DNA of 27,049 nt from assembly GCA_020860865.1 (NCBI GenBank), contig JAJBTL010000284.1, positions 1 to 27,049 of the forward strand, read 5' to 3'. How positions within the stretch are numbered: the first letter of the stretch is position 1; each line of letters starts with the position of its first letter. The translations under genes and the position numbers were made by a program. The notes below the pieces were generated by a model, which was given only the letters and a program-made list of their open reading frames with translations, was not told the DNA's origin and ran no database searches. Positions 7,104 through 16,920 of the stretch are shown one piece after another. The DNA comes from Planctomycetota bacterium (GTDB taxonomy: Bacteria > Planctomycetota > SZUA-567).

Positions 7104-8438
7104 GTGTCAGCCACTCCTGAAAAAACCAAGACCCTTGGCCTGTTCCCCCTGGTCGCCCTCGCCACCGGCCAGGTCATCGGCGCCGGCGTCGTCACCCTGA
7201 TTGGCGCCAGCATATCCCACACCGGCCGGTCGGTCTGGCTTGCCTATGTGGCGGCTGTCGCCCTTGGCTTCAGTATCATCATGTCGTACATGCTCCTTGC
7301 CAGCATGATCCGCGTCCGGGGCGGCAACTACACCTTTGTCGCCACCCTCCTCGGCGACCGCTGGGGCGGCCTCTACGGCATGGCCTTTACCATGAACGTC
7401 TTCGCCTGCGGCATGTTCGCCATGTCCCTCGGCCAATACGTCAACCTGATTATCCCGTCCCTCGGCGTCAAGACCGTCGCCATTGTCGGCGTCACCTTCT
7501 TCTATATTTTCAACATGCTTGGCGTCAACTTCATGTCGAAGATACAGAATATCCTGGCGACAACCCTCATACTCGGACTGATCCTGTTTGTCGTTGTCGG
7601 CATGGGCAAGCTCCAGCCCGGCGTCCTTGATTTTTCCGCCCCGGACTTTTTCCTGAAAGGGAGCGACGGCTTCCTCGCCGCCGTCGCCCTCCTCGTCTTC
7701 TCCTGCTACGGCCACGCCTTCGTCGTCGCCTTCAGTAAGGAAGCGAAAAACGCCAAGCGGGACATCCCCTTCGCCATGATGATAACGACCGGCATCATCC
7801 TCGTCGTCTATACCCTCATTGCCCTCGTCGCGTCGAATGTGCTGCCGGTCCCGGAAGTCGTGGGAAAACCGCTCACCGTCGTCGCCCGGGAAATCATGTC
7901 GGAACCGCTGTACTACGCGTTCGTCTTCGGCGGACCGGTCATGGCCCTCGCCACCACCCTGAACTCGTCCCTCAGCGTCTTCGCCCGGCCCTTCCACCAG
8001 ATGACCAATGACGGTTGGTTCCCGGCCTGGCTCGGCCGCACCAACCGTTACGGCGCGCCGTTTTATATCCTGACCCTGATGTACCTGATTGCCATCATCC
8101 CGATCGCCCTCGACCTCTCCATCAGCGTCATCACCTCGAACACCGTCCTCATCGGCCGCATCTCGGACCTTGTCGCCATTACCGCCATCATCACCCTGCC
8201 GAAGCGCCTGCCGGATGCCTGGGAAAACCGCTATTTCCGCCTGTCCAAACCGGTGTTTTACTTCCTTATGTATTTCAGTTTAGCAGCGACCATCTTCTGC
8301 ATGATTATCTCCATGGGCAACATGCCCCGCTCCAATGTCGCGGTGACGGTCTGCCTGGCCCTTGCCTTCCTTCTCTATGCGGTGTGGCGCCAGAACAGCG
8401 GCAAGGTCATAATGGAGAAGAGCTACGAATTGCAATAA
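7104..8438 (+). CDS. APC-family amino acid/polyamine permease, 444 aa
   Basis: About 12 hydrophobic segments, TM1 GQVIGAGV, SKEAKNAKRDIPFA, FARPFHQMTNDGWFP. GGAGG upstream of the GTG start. Confidence 0.88.
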   Translation: MSATPEKTKTLGLFPLVALATGQVIGAGVVTLIGASISHTGRSVWLAYVAAVALGFSIIMSYMLLASMIRVRGGNYTFVATLLGDRWGGLYGMAFTMNVFACGMFAMSLGQYVNLIIPSLGVKTVAIVGVTFFYIFNMLGVNFMSKIQNILATTLILGLILFVVVGMGKLQPGVLDFSAPDFFLKGSDGFLAAVALLVFSCYGHAFVVAFSKEAKNAKRDIPFAMMITTGIILVVYTLIALVASNVLPVPEVVGKPLTVVAREIMSEPLYYAFVFGGPVMALATTLNSSLSVFARPFHQMTNDGWFPAWLGRTNRYGAPFYILTLMYLIAIIPIALDLSISVITSNTVLIGRISDLVAITAIITLPKRLPDAWENRYFRLSKPVFYFLMYFSLAATIFCMIISMGNMPRSNVAVTVCLALAFLLYAVWRQNSGKVIMEKSYELQ

Positions 8439-8538
8439 TCGCCGTGCTGAAATTTGCTGTTGTCTAGAGCGGGCATAATCGTTATAAAGGGTGATTGCGA
8501 TGCGAAACCAAGTCCTTCTGGGATCCAACGACAAATAC

Positions 8539-8566
8539 CGTCGCCGGCATTTCGGTGCCGGCGACG
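8539..8566. repeat. 12-bp GC-rich hairpin with TTCG loop
   Basis: CGTCGCCGGCAT-TTCG-GTGCCGGCGACG, ending 3 nt before the GGAG of the GntR gene. No U-tract. Confidence 0.7.
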
Positions 8567-8584
8567 ATTGGAGATACGGATAGT

Positions 8585-9301
8585 ATGGCATTAGTCAAAA
8601 TTGAAAAAAAAGCGGTCGGCGACCGCGTTTTCGACGCCATCCATGAAGAAATCAGGAGCGGGGTCTACCAACCGGGCGAACGTCTGCCGTCCGAACGGGT
8701 GTTGTCCGAGCAGTTGGGCGTCAGCAAGTCCTCCGTCAAGGTGGCGATGCAGCGGCTGGTGGCTCTTGGCCTCGTCGAGATGCGCCGGGGCGAAGGCAAT
8801 TTCGTCAAGGAACATTCCGGGAACCCGTATCTCGACCAGGTCAGGCAGTTCCTCGTCGAAGCGCAGGGCGTGTCGAAAATAACCGAATACCGTTTTTATA
8901 TAGAAATGGCTACGGCCAGGCTGGCGATGAAGCGGGCGACGCCGGACAACTACGCCGCCATGGAAAAACTCCTCGTCCAGATGGAGGACGCCGCCCGGGA
9001 AGACGACCTGGTCCGCCACGGCCGCCTCGATTTCGAATTTCACCGGGAAATATGCCGCGCCACCCAGAACGACATTTTCATTAAAACGTACGAACTCATC
9101 GGCCCCATGCTTCGCGGCCATGCCACCCTTCTCAACCAGGGCACCTTCGACAATCTGCGTTCGCAACAGCCCGGCGACGATCTCCACTGGCGGCTTTACC
9201 GCGCCATCCGCGATCACGACACCGACGCCTGCCGCCGCTGTTATGCGGAGATGTTTTCCGTCTTTGAACCGTTCCCTGAAGAGCACCTCCGGGACGATTG
9301 A
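8585..9301 (+). CDS. GntR/FadR-family regulator with FCD domain, 238 aa
   Basis: IRSGVYQPGERLPSERVLSEQLGVSK..VK.AMQRL, followed by an FCD domain (EYRFYIE..., LDFEFHREICRATQN). True start is ATG 8585, not 8495. Confidence 0.93.
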   Translation: MALVKIEKKAVGDRVFDAIHEEIRSGVYQPGERLPSERVLSEQLGVSKSSVKVAMQRLVALGLVEMRRGEGNFVKEHSGNPYLDQVRQFLVEAQGVSKITEYRFYIEMATARLAMKRATPDNYAAMEKLLVQMEDAAREDDLVRHGRLDFEFHREICRATQNDIFIKTYELIGPMLRGHATLLNQGTFDNLRSQQPGDDLHWRLYRAIRDHDTDACRRCYAEMFSVFEPFPEEHLRDD

Positions 9302-9461
9302 CCGCTCAACCGGATTAATCCGTTACCCGCCTGAAAACATATCCATCTTGAAGAAAGGTTCCCGCCGGACCCTTTCGCATGGATTATGATATATGTATAC
9401 CGCCACATCGGGTGCCTGAGCGCGTCGTAACACCTCCGGCCCGTGGCCCAAGGAGCAGCGC

Positions 9462-11620
9462 ATGACCACCCTCGAACAACGCATCGCCGCCAAACTGCCC
9501 GGCGACGACACCGGCATCGCCATCCGGAAATCCCTCTGCACCATCTGCGACCCCCTCACCCAATGCGGCCTCGACTGCTATGTCAAGGACGGCCGGGTCA
9601 TCAAGGTCGAAGGGAGCGACGAAAACCCGTTCAACCGTGGCGCCCTTTGTTCCAAAGGCGCCGCCACCCGTCAGTACCTCTACCACGAAAACCGGCTGAA
9701 AACCCCGCTCCGCCGGGTCGGACCGCGCGGCTCCGACCGGTTCGAACCGATGTCGTGGGACGATGCCCTGGGCGAAATCGCCGAAAAGCTCCTCGCCGCC
9801 AAGCGGGACTTCGGCCCCGAGTCCGTCGTTTTCTATGCCGGGTATACGAAGTATTTCCGCCCGTACCTCATCCGCCTCGCCCATGTCTTCGGCACGCCGA
9901 ACTACTGTTCCGAGTCGAGCACCTGCAACATGGCCACCGGCATGGCCCAGCGCCTCGTCTTCGGCACCCCCGGCGCTCCCGACCTCGCGAACACGGACTG
10001 CCTCCTCGTCTGGAGTTCGAACCCGTTCTACACCGGCCACGGCCGGGCCCAGATGATCCAGAAACGCCTCGACAGCGGAATGAAAATGATCGTCGTCGAT
10101 CCCCGCATCACCCCGACCACCGCCCGGGCCGACATCCACCTCCAGCTTCGGCCGGGGACGGACGGCGCCCTCGCCTTGGCGATGGCCAATGTCATCATTA
10201 GTGAAAACCTCTACGATCGCGACTTTGTCGACAACTACACCCACGGCTTCCAGGCCTACCGGGACTATGTCCAGGCCTTTACCCCGGAAGAAGGCGAGCG
10301 CCTCACCGGCGTTCCGGCCGGGAAAATCCGCGCCGCCGCCCGCCTCTTCGCCGGAGCGAAATCGGCCTGCGTCCAGCCGAGCGCCAGCCCGGTCGTCCAC
10401 CACACGAACGGCGTCCAGAATTCCCGCGCCATGTTCATGCTTGTCGCCCTGACCGGGAACTACGACGTCCCCGGCGGCAACCGGGCCGAACCGCCCAGTT
10501 ACCTTTATGTCGGCGCCGGCTTCCAGACCCGGGAGCACCAGTTCGAAAACCCGGTCCCCATCACCAGCCTGCCGCCCCGCATCGGGTCGGAACGGTTCCC
10601 GGTCTGGATGGAGACGGCGTCCCCCGAGGCCAGGCCATGGCCCTCCCGGACCAGCTCCGGACCGGACAACCCTATCCTCTGAAGGCCCTCGTCGGCTTTG
10701 GCATGAACTACCGGATGTGGCCGGATTCGGAAGGGTTCAAGGAAAGCCTGGACAACCTCGACCTTGTCGTCAACACCGACATCTTCATGACAGACACCTG
10801 CCGCCACGCCGACATCGTCCTCCCGGCCTGCACGTCCCTCGAACGGATGGAGCTCCGCGCCTACGGCCCCCGTTACGTCATGCTCAGTCAGCCGGTCATC
10901 CCGGCCCTGTACGAGTCGAAATCCGCCGTCGACATGATTTTCGAACTGGCGAAGCGGATTTGCCCGGAAGACGACCTGTTCGCCAAAGGGTACGAAGGCT
11001 GCATCGACTGGATACTCGAGCCAAGCGGCATCACCGTCTCTGAACTAAAAAAGCATCCGGGCGGCATGCCGGTCCCGCATCCGCTGCCGGTGAAGGACCG
11101 GAAGTACGAGGGCGGCGCCGCCACGCCGAGCGGGAAGATTGAATTCCAGTCCACCGTCCTCGAAAAGTACGGGGAAAAGCCCGGATTCGAATCGCTCCCG
11201 GTCTACACCCCGCCCCGGAACAGCCCGGACGGCAACCCGGATCTGGCCCGGGACTACCCGCTTGTCCTGAACGCCGGATCTCGGCTCCCCATGTTCATTC
11301 ACAGCCGGGCCAATCACCTGACCTGGACCCAGAACCTCAGGCCGAACCATCCGGCCGCCGACATCCACCCGGACGACGCCATCCGCCACGGCATCCGCCA
11401 GGACGACGCCATCCGCCTCGCGACGCCCCACGGCGCCATCCAGGTCAAGGCGAACCTCACCCGCATGGTGCTGCCGGGCGTTGTCCACATGTATCACGGT
11501 TCCAGCCTGGCCGACGCGAACAGCCTCTTCGACAAGGACTACCTGGACCCGCTGTCCGGCTTCCCCGGCTACAAGTCGGCCCTGTGCCGTATTGAAAAAA
11601 TCAAGGAGGACCAGGCATGA
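9462..11620 (+). CDS. molybdopterin (bis-MGD, DMSO reductase superfamily) oxidoreductase catalytic subunit, cytoplasmic; -1 frameshift at ~10630 (~719 aa repaired)
   Basis: N-terminal C-x2-C-x5-C-x27-C cluster (CTICDPLTQC...LCSKG), RLKTPLRR, ESSTC, VVDPRITPT, LRPGTDGALALA, TGNYDVPGG. The second frame carries DIFMTDTCRHADIVLPA and the C-terminal IHPDDA..., VVHMYHG. Adding one C gives E-A-Q-A-M-A-L-P across the junction. No twin-arginine signal. Confidence 0.9.
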
Positions 11621-12141
11621 GCCGGACCATACTTCTCGACGTTTCCCGTTGCGTCGGCTGCGGCGCCTGTGTCGTCGCCTGCCAGGACCAGAACGATCTG
11701 TACCCGGAGCAGGGCAAGCCCGCCCTCCGCCGCATCTATCAGGTCGAGCACGACGGCCGCGACACCGTTATCCAATACTTTTCGGCCGGCTGCCGCCACT
11801 GCGACGACAGTCCCTGCCTGGTCGGCTGGCCGACCGGCCCCATCTACCGGGACGACGTCACCGGCGCTGTCCGCATCAACCGGGACCGCTGCATCGGCTG
11901 TCACAGTTGCGCCCTCGCCTGCCCGTTCGGCGTGCCCCGGTACGACCGGGACGACAAGATGTACAAGTGCTACCTCTGCTCCGAACGGGTCGAAGCCGGA
12001 CTGAAACCGGCCTGCGTCAAGGTCTGCCCGTTCGGCGCCCTCCGCTTCGAAGACGCCAACGCGGTGCAGGACGACAAGGAACGCGCCTACCTCGTCGATA
12101 TTCTGGAGAGCGGCCTCGGCGCCAGCCGGGCCGAACGGTGA
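11617..12141 (+). CDS. 4x[4Fe-4S] electron-transfer subunit (DmsB/NrfC-like), 174 aa
   Basis: CVGCGACVVAC, CRHCDDSPCLVGWP, CIGCHSCALACP, KCYLC...PACVKVCP. ATGA overlap with the Mo-enzyme stop. Confidence 0.92.
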   Translation: MSRTILLDVSRCVGCGACVVACQDQNDLYPEQGKPALRRIYQVEHDGRDTVIQYFSAGCRHCDDSPCLVGWPTGPIYRDDVTGAVRINRDRCIGCHSCALACPFGVPRYDRDDKMYKCYLCSERVEAGLKPACVKVCPFGALRFEDANAVQDDKERAYLVDILESGLGASRAER

Positions 12142-12146
12142 CCGGC

Positions 12147-13409
12147 ATGACAACGCCTCCGCCCATCGCCATCATCGGGAACGGCTGCGCCGCTGTCGAG
12201 GCCTGCCGCGGCCTCAGGGAAAGCGGCTACGAAGGCGGTATCGACGTCTTCGCCGCCGGCAGTCTGCCGACGTACAACCCGATGCTGACCAGTTACTACG
12301 CGGCGGGGAAAATCGACTATTTCCTCCTGTTCCCCTACGGCGAGTCGAACCGGGTTTTCCAAAAATACGGCGCCCGCATCCACCCGAACTCCCCGGTGAC
12401 CGCCCTCGACGCCGACGCTGCCACCGTGACAGTCGGCGATGCCGTCTTCCCGTACCGCCGCTGCCTCATCGCCAGCGGCGCCTCGCCTGTCGTGCCGCCG
12501 TTCCCCGGATCGCGGCTCCCCGGCGTCTACACGATGCGCACGGTGGAGGACGCCATCGCCGTCCGGAAAGCCATGACCAGGTCGCCGACCCGCGCCCTTG
12601 TGGTCGGCGCCTCCATGGTCGGCATCAAACTGGTGGAACTGTTCTGGAAGGCCGGTCTCCGGGTTATTCTGGCCGATCTGGCGGAACGGATATTCCCCCT
12701 CGCCGCCCACCCGGACTGCTCCCGCCGCATTGAAAGCCGCCTGTCCGAAAAAGGCATAGAGCAACGTTACGGCGCCGCTCTCGAACGCATTGAAGAGCGG
12801 GACGGCGCCCTCGCCGCTTTTTTCAAGGACGCGGCCGAACCGCTGGCGGTGGATATCGTCATCCTCGCCATTGGCGTCCGGCCGAACCTGTCGTTTGTCG
12901 ACGGCGACCAAATCGCCCTGAAGCCGGGCGTCCTGGTCGACACGACGATGGCGTCAAGGCGTCCCGGCGTCTATGCCGCCGGCGACTGTGCCCAGGGGAT
13001 GAACCTCCAGTCCGGCCAACAGCAGATAATCGGCCTCTGGGCCAATGCCCGGAATCAGGGTTATACGGCCGGGTGCAACATGGCGGGCGTCCGCCGGGAC
13101 TATGCCGGCGAACTCCTTCACAACATCACCCATTTCATGGGTATGGATTTTGTCGGGATTGGCGATGTTATGGGTGGAGACGAATCGCGGAGCGAGTCGG
13201 GTGACGGCTGGTACAAGCAGATATTCTACAAGGACGGCGAAGTATGCGGCGCCAACTTCATCGACGACTACCACAACGCCGGCCTGCTCAAAAACGCCCT
13301 GGTGAAACAGGCCCTCCGCACCGGCCCGGCCCGCACGCCGGCCGACAGCGAATTCTCACCGCTGCATCAACACCTCTTGGAAGAAGTCCTCGCATTTCGC
13401 GGTGCCTGA
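12147..13409 (+). CDS. FAD-dependent pyridine nucleotide-disulfide oxidoreductase family protein (NirB/rubredoxin reductase-like), ~420 aa
   Basis: IAIIGNGCAA, LIASGASP, VVGASMVG, VILAIGVRPN, VYAAGDCA. Start is ATG 12147 or the coupled GTG 12138; the ORF-track extension to 11481 is spurious. Confidence 0.9.
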   Translation: MTTPPPIAIIGNGCAAVEACRGLRESGYEGGIDVFAAGSLPTYNPMLTSYYAAGKIDYFLLFPYGESNRVFQKYGARIHPNSPVTALDADAATVTVGDAVFPYRRCLIASGASPVVPPFPGSRLPGVYTMRTVEDAIAVRKAMTRSPTRALVVGASMVGIKLVELFWKAGLRVILADLAERIFPLAAHPDCSRRIESRLSEKGIEQRYGAALERIEERDGALAAFFKDAAEPLAVDIVILAIGVRPNLSFVDGDQIALKPGVLVDTTMASRRPGVYAAGDCAQGMNLQSGQQQIIGLWANARNQGYTAGCNMAGVRRDYAGELLHNITHFMGMDFVGIGDVMGGDESRSESGDGWYKQIFYKDGEVCGANFIDDYHNAGLLKNALVKQALRTGPARTPADSEFSPLHQHLLEEVLAFRGA

Positions 13410-13458
13410 CGGCGGTTTTTCACAAAGCGGGTAACCAGTTCAAAGCGTCGTAACCGCG

Positions 13459-15230
13459 TTACCGCAGCTTACCCTGATGCATGTCCTGGAACAGCCCGGG
13501 CGTTGTCGTCAGTTCGGCGTAGGTGCCTTCCTGGACAATCCTCCCCCGGTCGAAGACGAGGATGCGGTCGCAGTTCTTCAGCGTGGTCAGGCGGTGGGCG
13601 ATGGAAATGATGGTCACGCCTTCCTCTCGCTGCATCCGTTCAATTTCGGCTTGGACATGGCGTTCCGACGTGTTATCGAGGGCCGATGTCGCTTCGTCGA
13701 GAATGAGGAGTCGCGGCTTCCTGAGAAATATCCGGGCCAGGGCGATACGCTGGCACTGGCCGCCCGACAGGTTTGCACCGCCTTCGGACACGACGAAATC
13801 ATAATCCCCGTCCATTTTCATAATGTCCGCGTCGATGCAGGCGCGCTTGGCCGCTTCGCGGACCGCCGCCCTGTCCGGCACGTCCCGGCAGCCGTAACAG
13901 ATGTTATTGAAAACGGTGTCGGCGATGAGGAACGGCGATTGGGGAATGAGGGCGATTTCATCGGCGATATACGCCCTGGACAGCGTCGCCAGGTCGGCGC
14001 CGTCCAGGACTATCCGACCGGTCACCGGTTCGAGTTTGGCAATGGTTTTTATGAGTGACGACTTGCCGCAGCCGCTGGGACCGGCGATGCCGACGAACTC
14101 GCCCGGACGGATCAGAGTGGTGATGTCGTGGAGGATTTCCCGGTCCGGCCGCTCCGGATAGGTGAAGCGGAGGTGGTCGAGGACGAGGCCGTTTCCTTCC
14201 GCGTCGGCCGCCGCCGCCGTGGCCGTGGCCGGTTGGTAGGAGAAGTCTTGAGGAATTTCGCTGATACGGAAATATTCACCGGCCAGGACGGCGCTTTCCG
14301 ACAGTTCGTCCAGAATGCGGTGGAGTTCCCGGAGCGGTCCGGTGAGCTGGAGAAAGCACAGGTACGAGGTGAGGATGGTGCCGACGCTGATCCGGCCTTT
14401 CATTGCCAGATACACCGAAGTGGCGATGACGAGGACATTGAAAAAAGCCTCGTTCGTGAACTTCAGGCAATCGTAGAACGCCATGGCGTAATGGTGGCGC
14501 ATCTCCCGGGCGCGGAGTTCCTCCGACCGGCGCTCGAACCGGCCTTCCTCGAACGCGGTGTTGTCGGTCACCCGGATTGTCTCGATGCCGCCCAGGAGTT
14601 CCACCACCGTTCCGTCCATGGCCGCCTTTTTCCCAGTAGCTCGACGCGGATGCCGCGTTGCGTCGCAATCTGCCGAAGTACGATGACCGTGCCGATAGGC
14701 ACGACCAGGACGGTGACGACAGCCACCAGCGGCGGCAGTTTGACGAAGATGACGACGATGGCGGCGACGGCGCTGAAGACGGACGGGGCAAAATCCATGA
14801 AGACGAGCTTGATGAGCCGCGTCGTCCCCTCGAGGCTCCGGTTGAGGCGGCCGTGGATGTTCCCGGTCATGTGAGTGCGGAAATAGGCCAGCGGCGCGTG
14901 GAGGAGGGCGGCAATGGCGTTTTGCCTGGCGGTCTTGTCCGTCCGGGTCGCCGTGTCCTCGACCACCAGGCGCCGGCCGACCTTGAGGAACTCGTTGACG
15001 ATAATGACGGCGAGGATGAGGAGGAGGGAGGGGAGAACTGTTCCGAAATCGAGGCCGGCTTCCCCGATAACGTTGTCCGTCAGGTGGCCGATGGCCAGGG
15101 GCGTCACCTGGTTGAGACCGGCCGAGACCAGCATCATGACGGTGATGGCGACGAAACCGAGTTTGTGCGTGCGTCCCAGTAACCCATAGAGTTTGCCGCA
15201 CAGCCGGCGAAGGGTCGGTTGGTTTTCCAT
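13459..15230 (-). CDS. ABC exporter, fused TMD-NBD half transporter (MsbA/Sav1866-like); -1 frameshift at ~14627-14634 (~590 aa repaired)
   Basis: The TMD is encoded in ORF 14568-15230 and continues in another frame (AAMDGTVVELLGGIETIR...). Walker A GPSGCGKS, signature LSGGQ, Walker B LILDEATSALD, H-loop IAHRL. Confidence 0.9.
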
Positions 15231-15295
15231 ATCGTCCCGCTTACGAAGTCACTCTTTGAATCGCGGTGAACGCCCGCCGCCGTGGGAGCGGCAAA

Positions 15296-16057
15296 TCACT
15301 TCGCCATCCAGCGCTTCCGTTCGTCCTTGTCCATCTTTTCAATGGCGTAGCGGAGCGCCGTCCGGGGCAGGGTGGTGTGGTGTTTTGTTAAAAACCGCCG
15401 CAGCGCATCGATATCCTTCTTGCCCGCTTCCCGGAGCATCCAGCCGCTCGCCTTGTGCATGAGGTCGTGCGGGTGAGCCTTGAAAAATTCGGCCAGCCAG
15501 AAAACCTCGTCCAAATGGCCCCGGCGAATCCGGGCAATGGTCGACACCATGGCGGCCCGCTCGCGCCAGAGTTTTCCACTTTCGGCCCAGCGGCGCAGGT
15601 GGTCCCGGACAGCGTCCGGCGGCGTCTCCAGGACGTCCCAGTACGGGCCCATGATTTCATAGACGGACAGGTCCACGAGGTCCCAGTTGTTGGCCCGGTC
15701 AAGGTGCTTGTCGTACAGACGGACGACTTTGGCGAGGCCGTCACCGTCGCGGCAACGGCCGTAGCGGGCGGCATCGTCGGCGAGGAGGAGAAATCCGGCC
15801 AGCCGCACCTCGTGCCATTCCGACGCGAAAAGGACGGCGTAGTCCCTGGCCGTCATGAGGTTCCGGTAGTCCCGGATGATGCCCCGCGTCACCGGCACCT
15901 TGAGGCCGAGGAATCGGTCGCCTTCACCGTACTGTCCGGGACCGGTCTTGAAGAAGCGCATCAGGTGCGCCGCCTGCACCGGATCGCTCCGGCTTGTCAA
16001 ATCGGCCACAAGATGCGAGGCGGCCGAACCAAGTGTTATCCGTGATGTACCCGTCAC
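15296..16057 (-). CDS. DNA alkylation repair protein (AlkD-like HEAT-repeat glycosylase), ~253 aa
   Basis: FFKTGPGQYGEGDRFLG, HEVRLAG, NNWDLVD, HDLMHKASGWMLREAGK, RYAIEK. GTG 16057 lies behind GGAGGAG. Confidence 0.9.
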   Translation of the reverse strand: MTGTSRITLGSAASHLVADLTSRSDPVQAAHLMRFFKTGPGQYGEGDRFLGLKVPVTRGIIRDYRNLMTARDYAVLFASEWHEVRLAGFLLLADDAARYGRCRDGDGLAKVVRLYDKHLDRANNWDLVDLSVYEIMGPYWDVLETPPDAVRDHLRRWAESGKLWRERAAMVSTIARIRRGHLDEVFWLAEFFKAHPHDLMHKASGWMLREAGKKDIDALRRFLTKHHTTLPRTALRYAIEKMDKDERKRWMAK

Positions 16058-16098
16058 CCCGCTCCTCCAAAAGCGCCCCGCTCCGGCGCGGCATCGCC

Positions 16099-16839
16099 TT
16101 ATTCTTCGCTTTCCTTGCCCGGCTTGACATAGAGTATCCGCCCGCAGCCCTGACAGCGGCAGCTTTTTACGTCGTGGCCGATATGGACGGTGTTCATGAC
16201 GTTGGTGTTTTGCCGGATGAAACATGACTGGCAAACGCCGTCCATGGACATCTCGGCGATGGGATCGCCCTTGGTCCGCTTGAGCGCCATGTCGTAGGCC
16301 TGATACGCGCCCATGTCGATGGCCTCGACCCGTTTCACCGCGTCCTTCCGCTCTTCCAGCATGGCGGCGTGGCGGGCCTTGATGCCGGCGATTTCTTCCT
16401 GGGCGTTGTTCCGGATGGTGGTGAGTTTGAGATCCTCCTCGCCGATGCGGTTGTGGCATTCGGCGACCTTTTCCCGGAGGGTATCCAGGTCCGTCATGTT
16501 CGAGAGGACGGAGGATTCGTGATCGTCGACGCGGATTTTCAAATCCTTGATGCGGTCGGTGACGATGCGGAATTCCCGCTGGTTTTTGATGTTCTTGAGC
16601 TTCCGCTCCTGATCGGCGACTTCGGCCTCGGCGGTGCGGATTTCCATGTTGAGGCGGTCGGCGGCGAAGGCCTTTTCCTTGATCGCCTCCTCGACCTTCC
16701 GCGCCTGTTCCCGGGCGTTTTCGAGAACTTCCTCCTGGGCCGCCACCTCCCGCGTCACCTCCTGCAGGCGGAGTTTTCCCCGGACTATTCGCCGGTCAAT
16801 CCCGTTCAAATAAAGCATCGCCTGAATCAAGTCACTCAT
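16099..16839 (-). CDS. coiled-coil protein with C-terminal C4-type zinc ribbon (DUF164, CT398/HP0958-like), 246 aa
   Basis: Long heptad-rich helix followed by CQSC...CQGCGRILY. RBS GGGAG. Confidence 0.85.
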   Translation of the reverse strand: MSDLIQAMLYLNGIDRRIVRGKLRLQEVTREVAAQEEVLENAREQARKVEEAIKEKAFAADRLNMEIRTAEAEVADQERKLKNIKNQREFRIVTDRIKDLKIRVDDHESSVLSNMTDLDTLREKVAECHNRIGEEDLKLTTIRNNAQEEIAGIKARHAAMLEERKDAVKRVEAIDMGAYQAYDMALKRTKGDPIAEMSMDGVCQSCFIRQNTNVMNTVHIGHDVKSCRCQGCGRILYVKPGKESEE

Positions 16840-16879
16840 ATGCAGTTCTCCCGCTCATTTTTTTCTTATATGAAAATTG

Positions 16880-16906
16880 ATGGGCGGAGGATAAGCCCCC
16901 GCCCAT
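16880..16906 (-). terminator. hairpin downstream of hisF
   Basis: Minus strand ATGGGCGGGGG-CTTAT-CCTCCGCCCAT, an 11-bp stem with one G-U, followed by CAATTTTC. Confidence 0.5.
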
Positions 16907-16920
16907 GTGAACACTAATAT

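Noticed and set aside
9311-9322. Perfect 12-bp palindrome CGGATTAATCCG after the GntR stop
   Set aside because: Single occurrence, no loop for a terminator, and no match to the other operators.
10680-10682. TGA in the molybdoenzyme as possible selenocysteine
   Set aside because: The TGA lies about 50 nt after the frameshift in the wrong frame. The downstream half is in a different frame, and the probable ligand position is already Cys.
5674-16459. ORF-track products with long N- or C-terminal extensions (5674-7080, 8495-9301, 11481-13409, 13459-15201, 15296-16459)
   Set aside because: These arise from picking the most upstream start or from frameshifts. Motifs and RBS positions give shorter true genes, so they are not real fusions.
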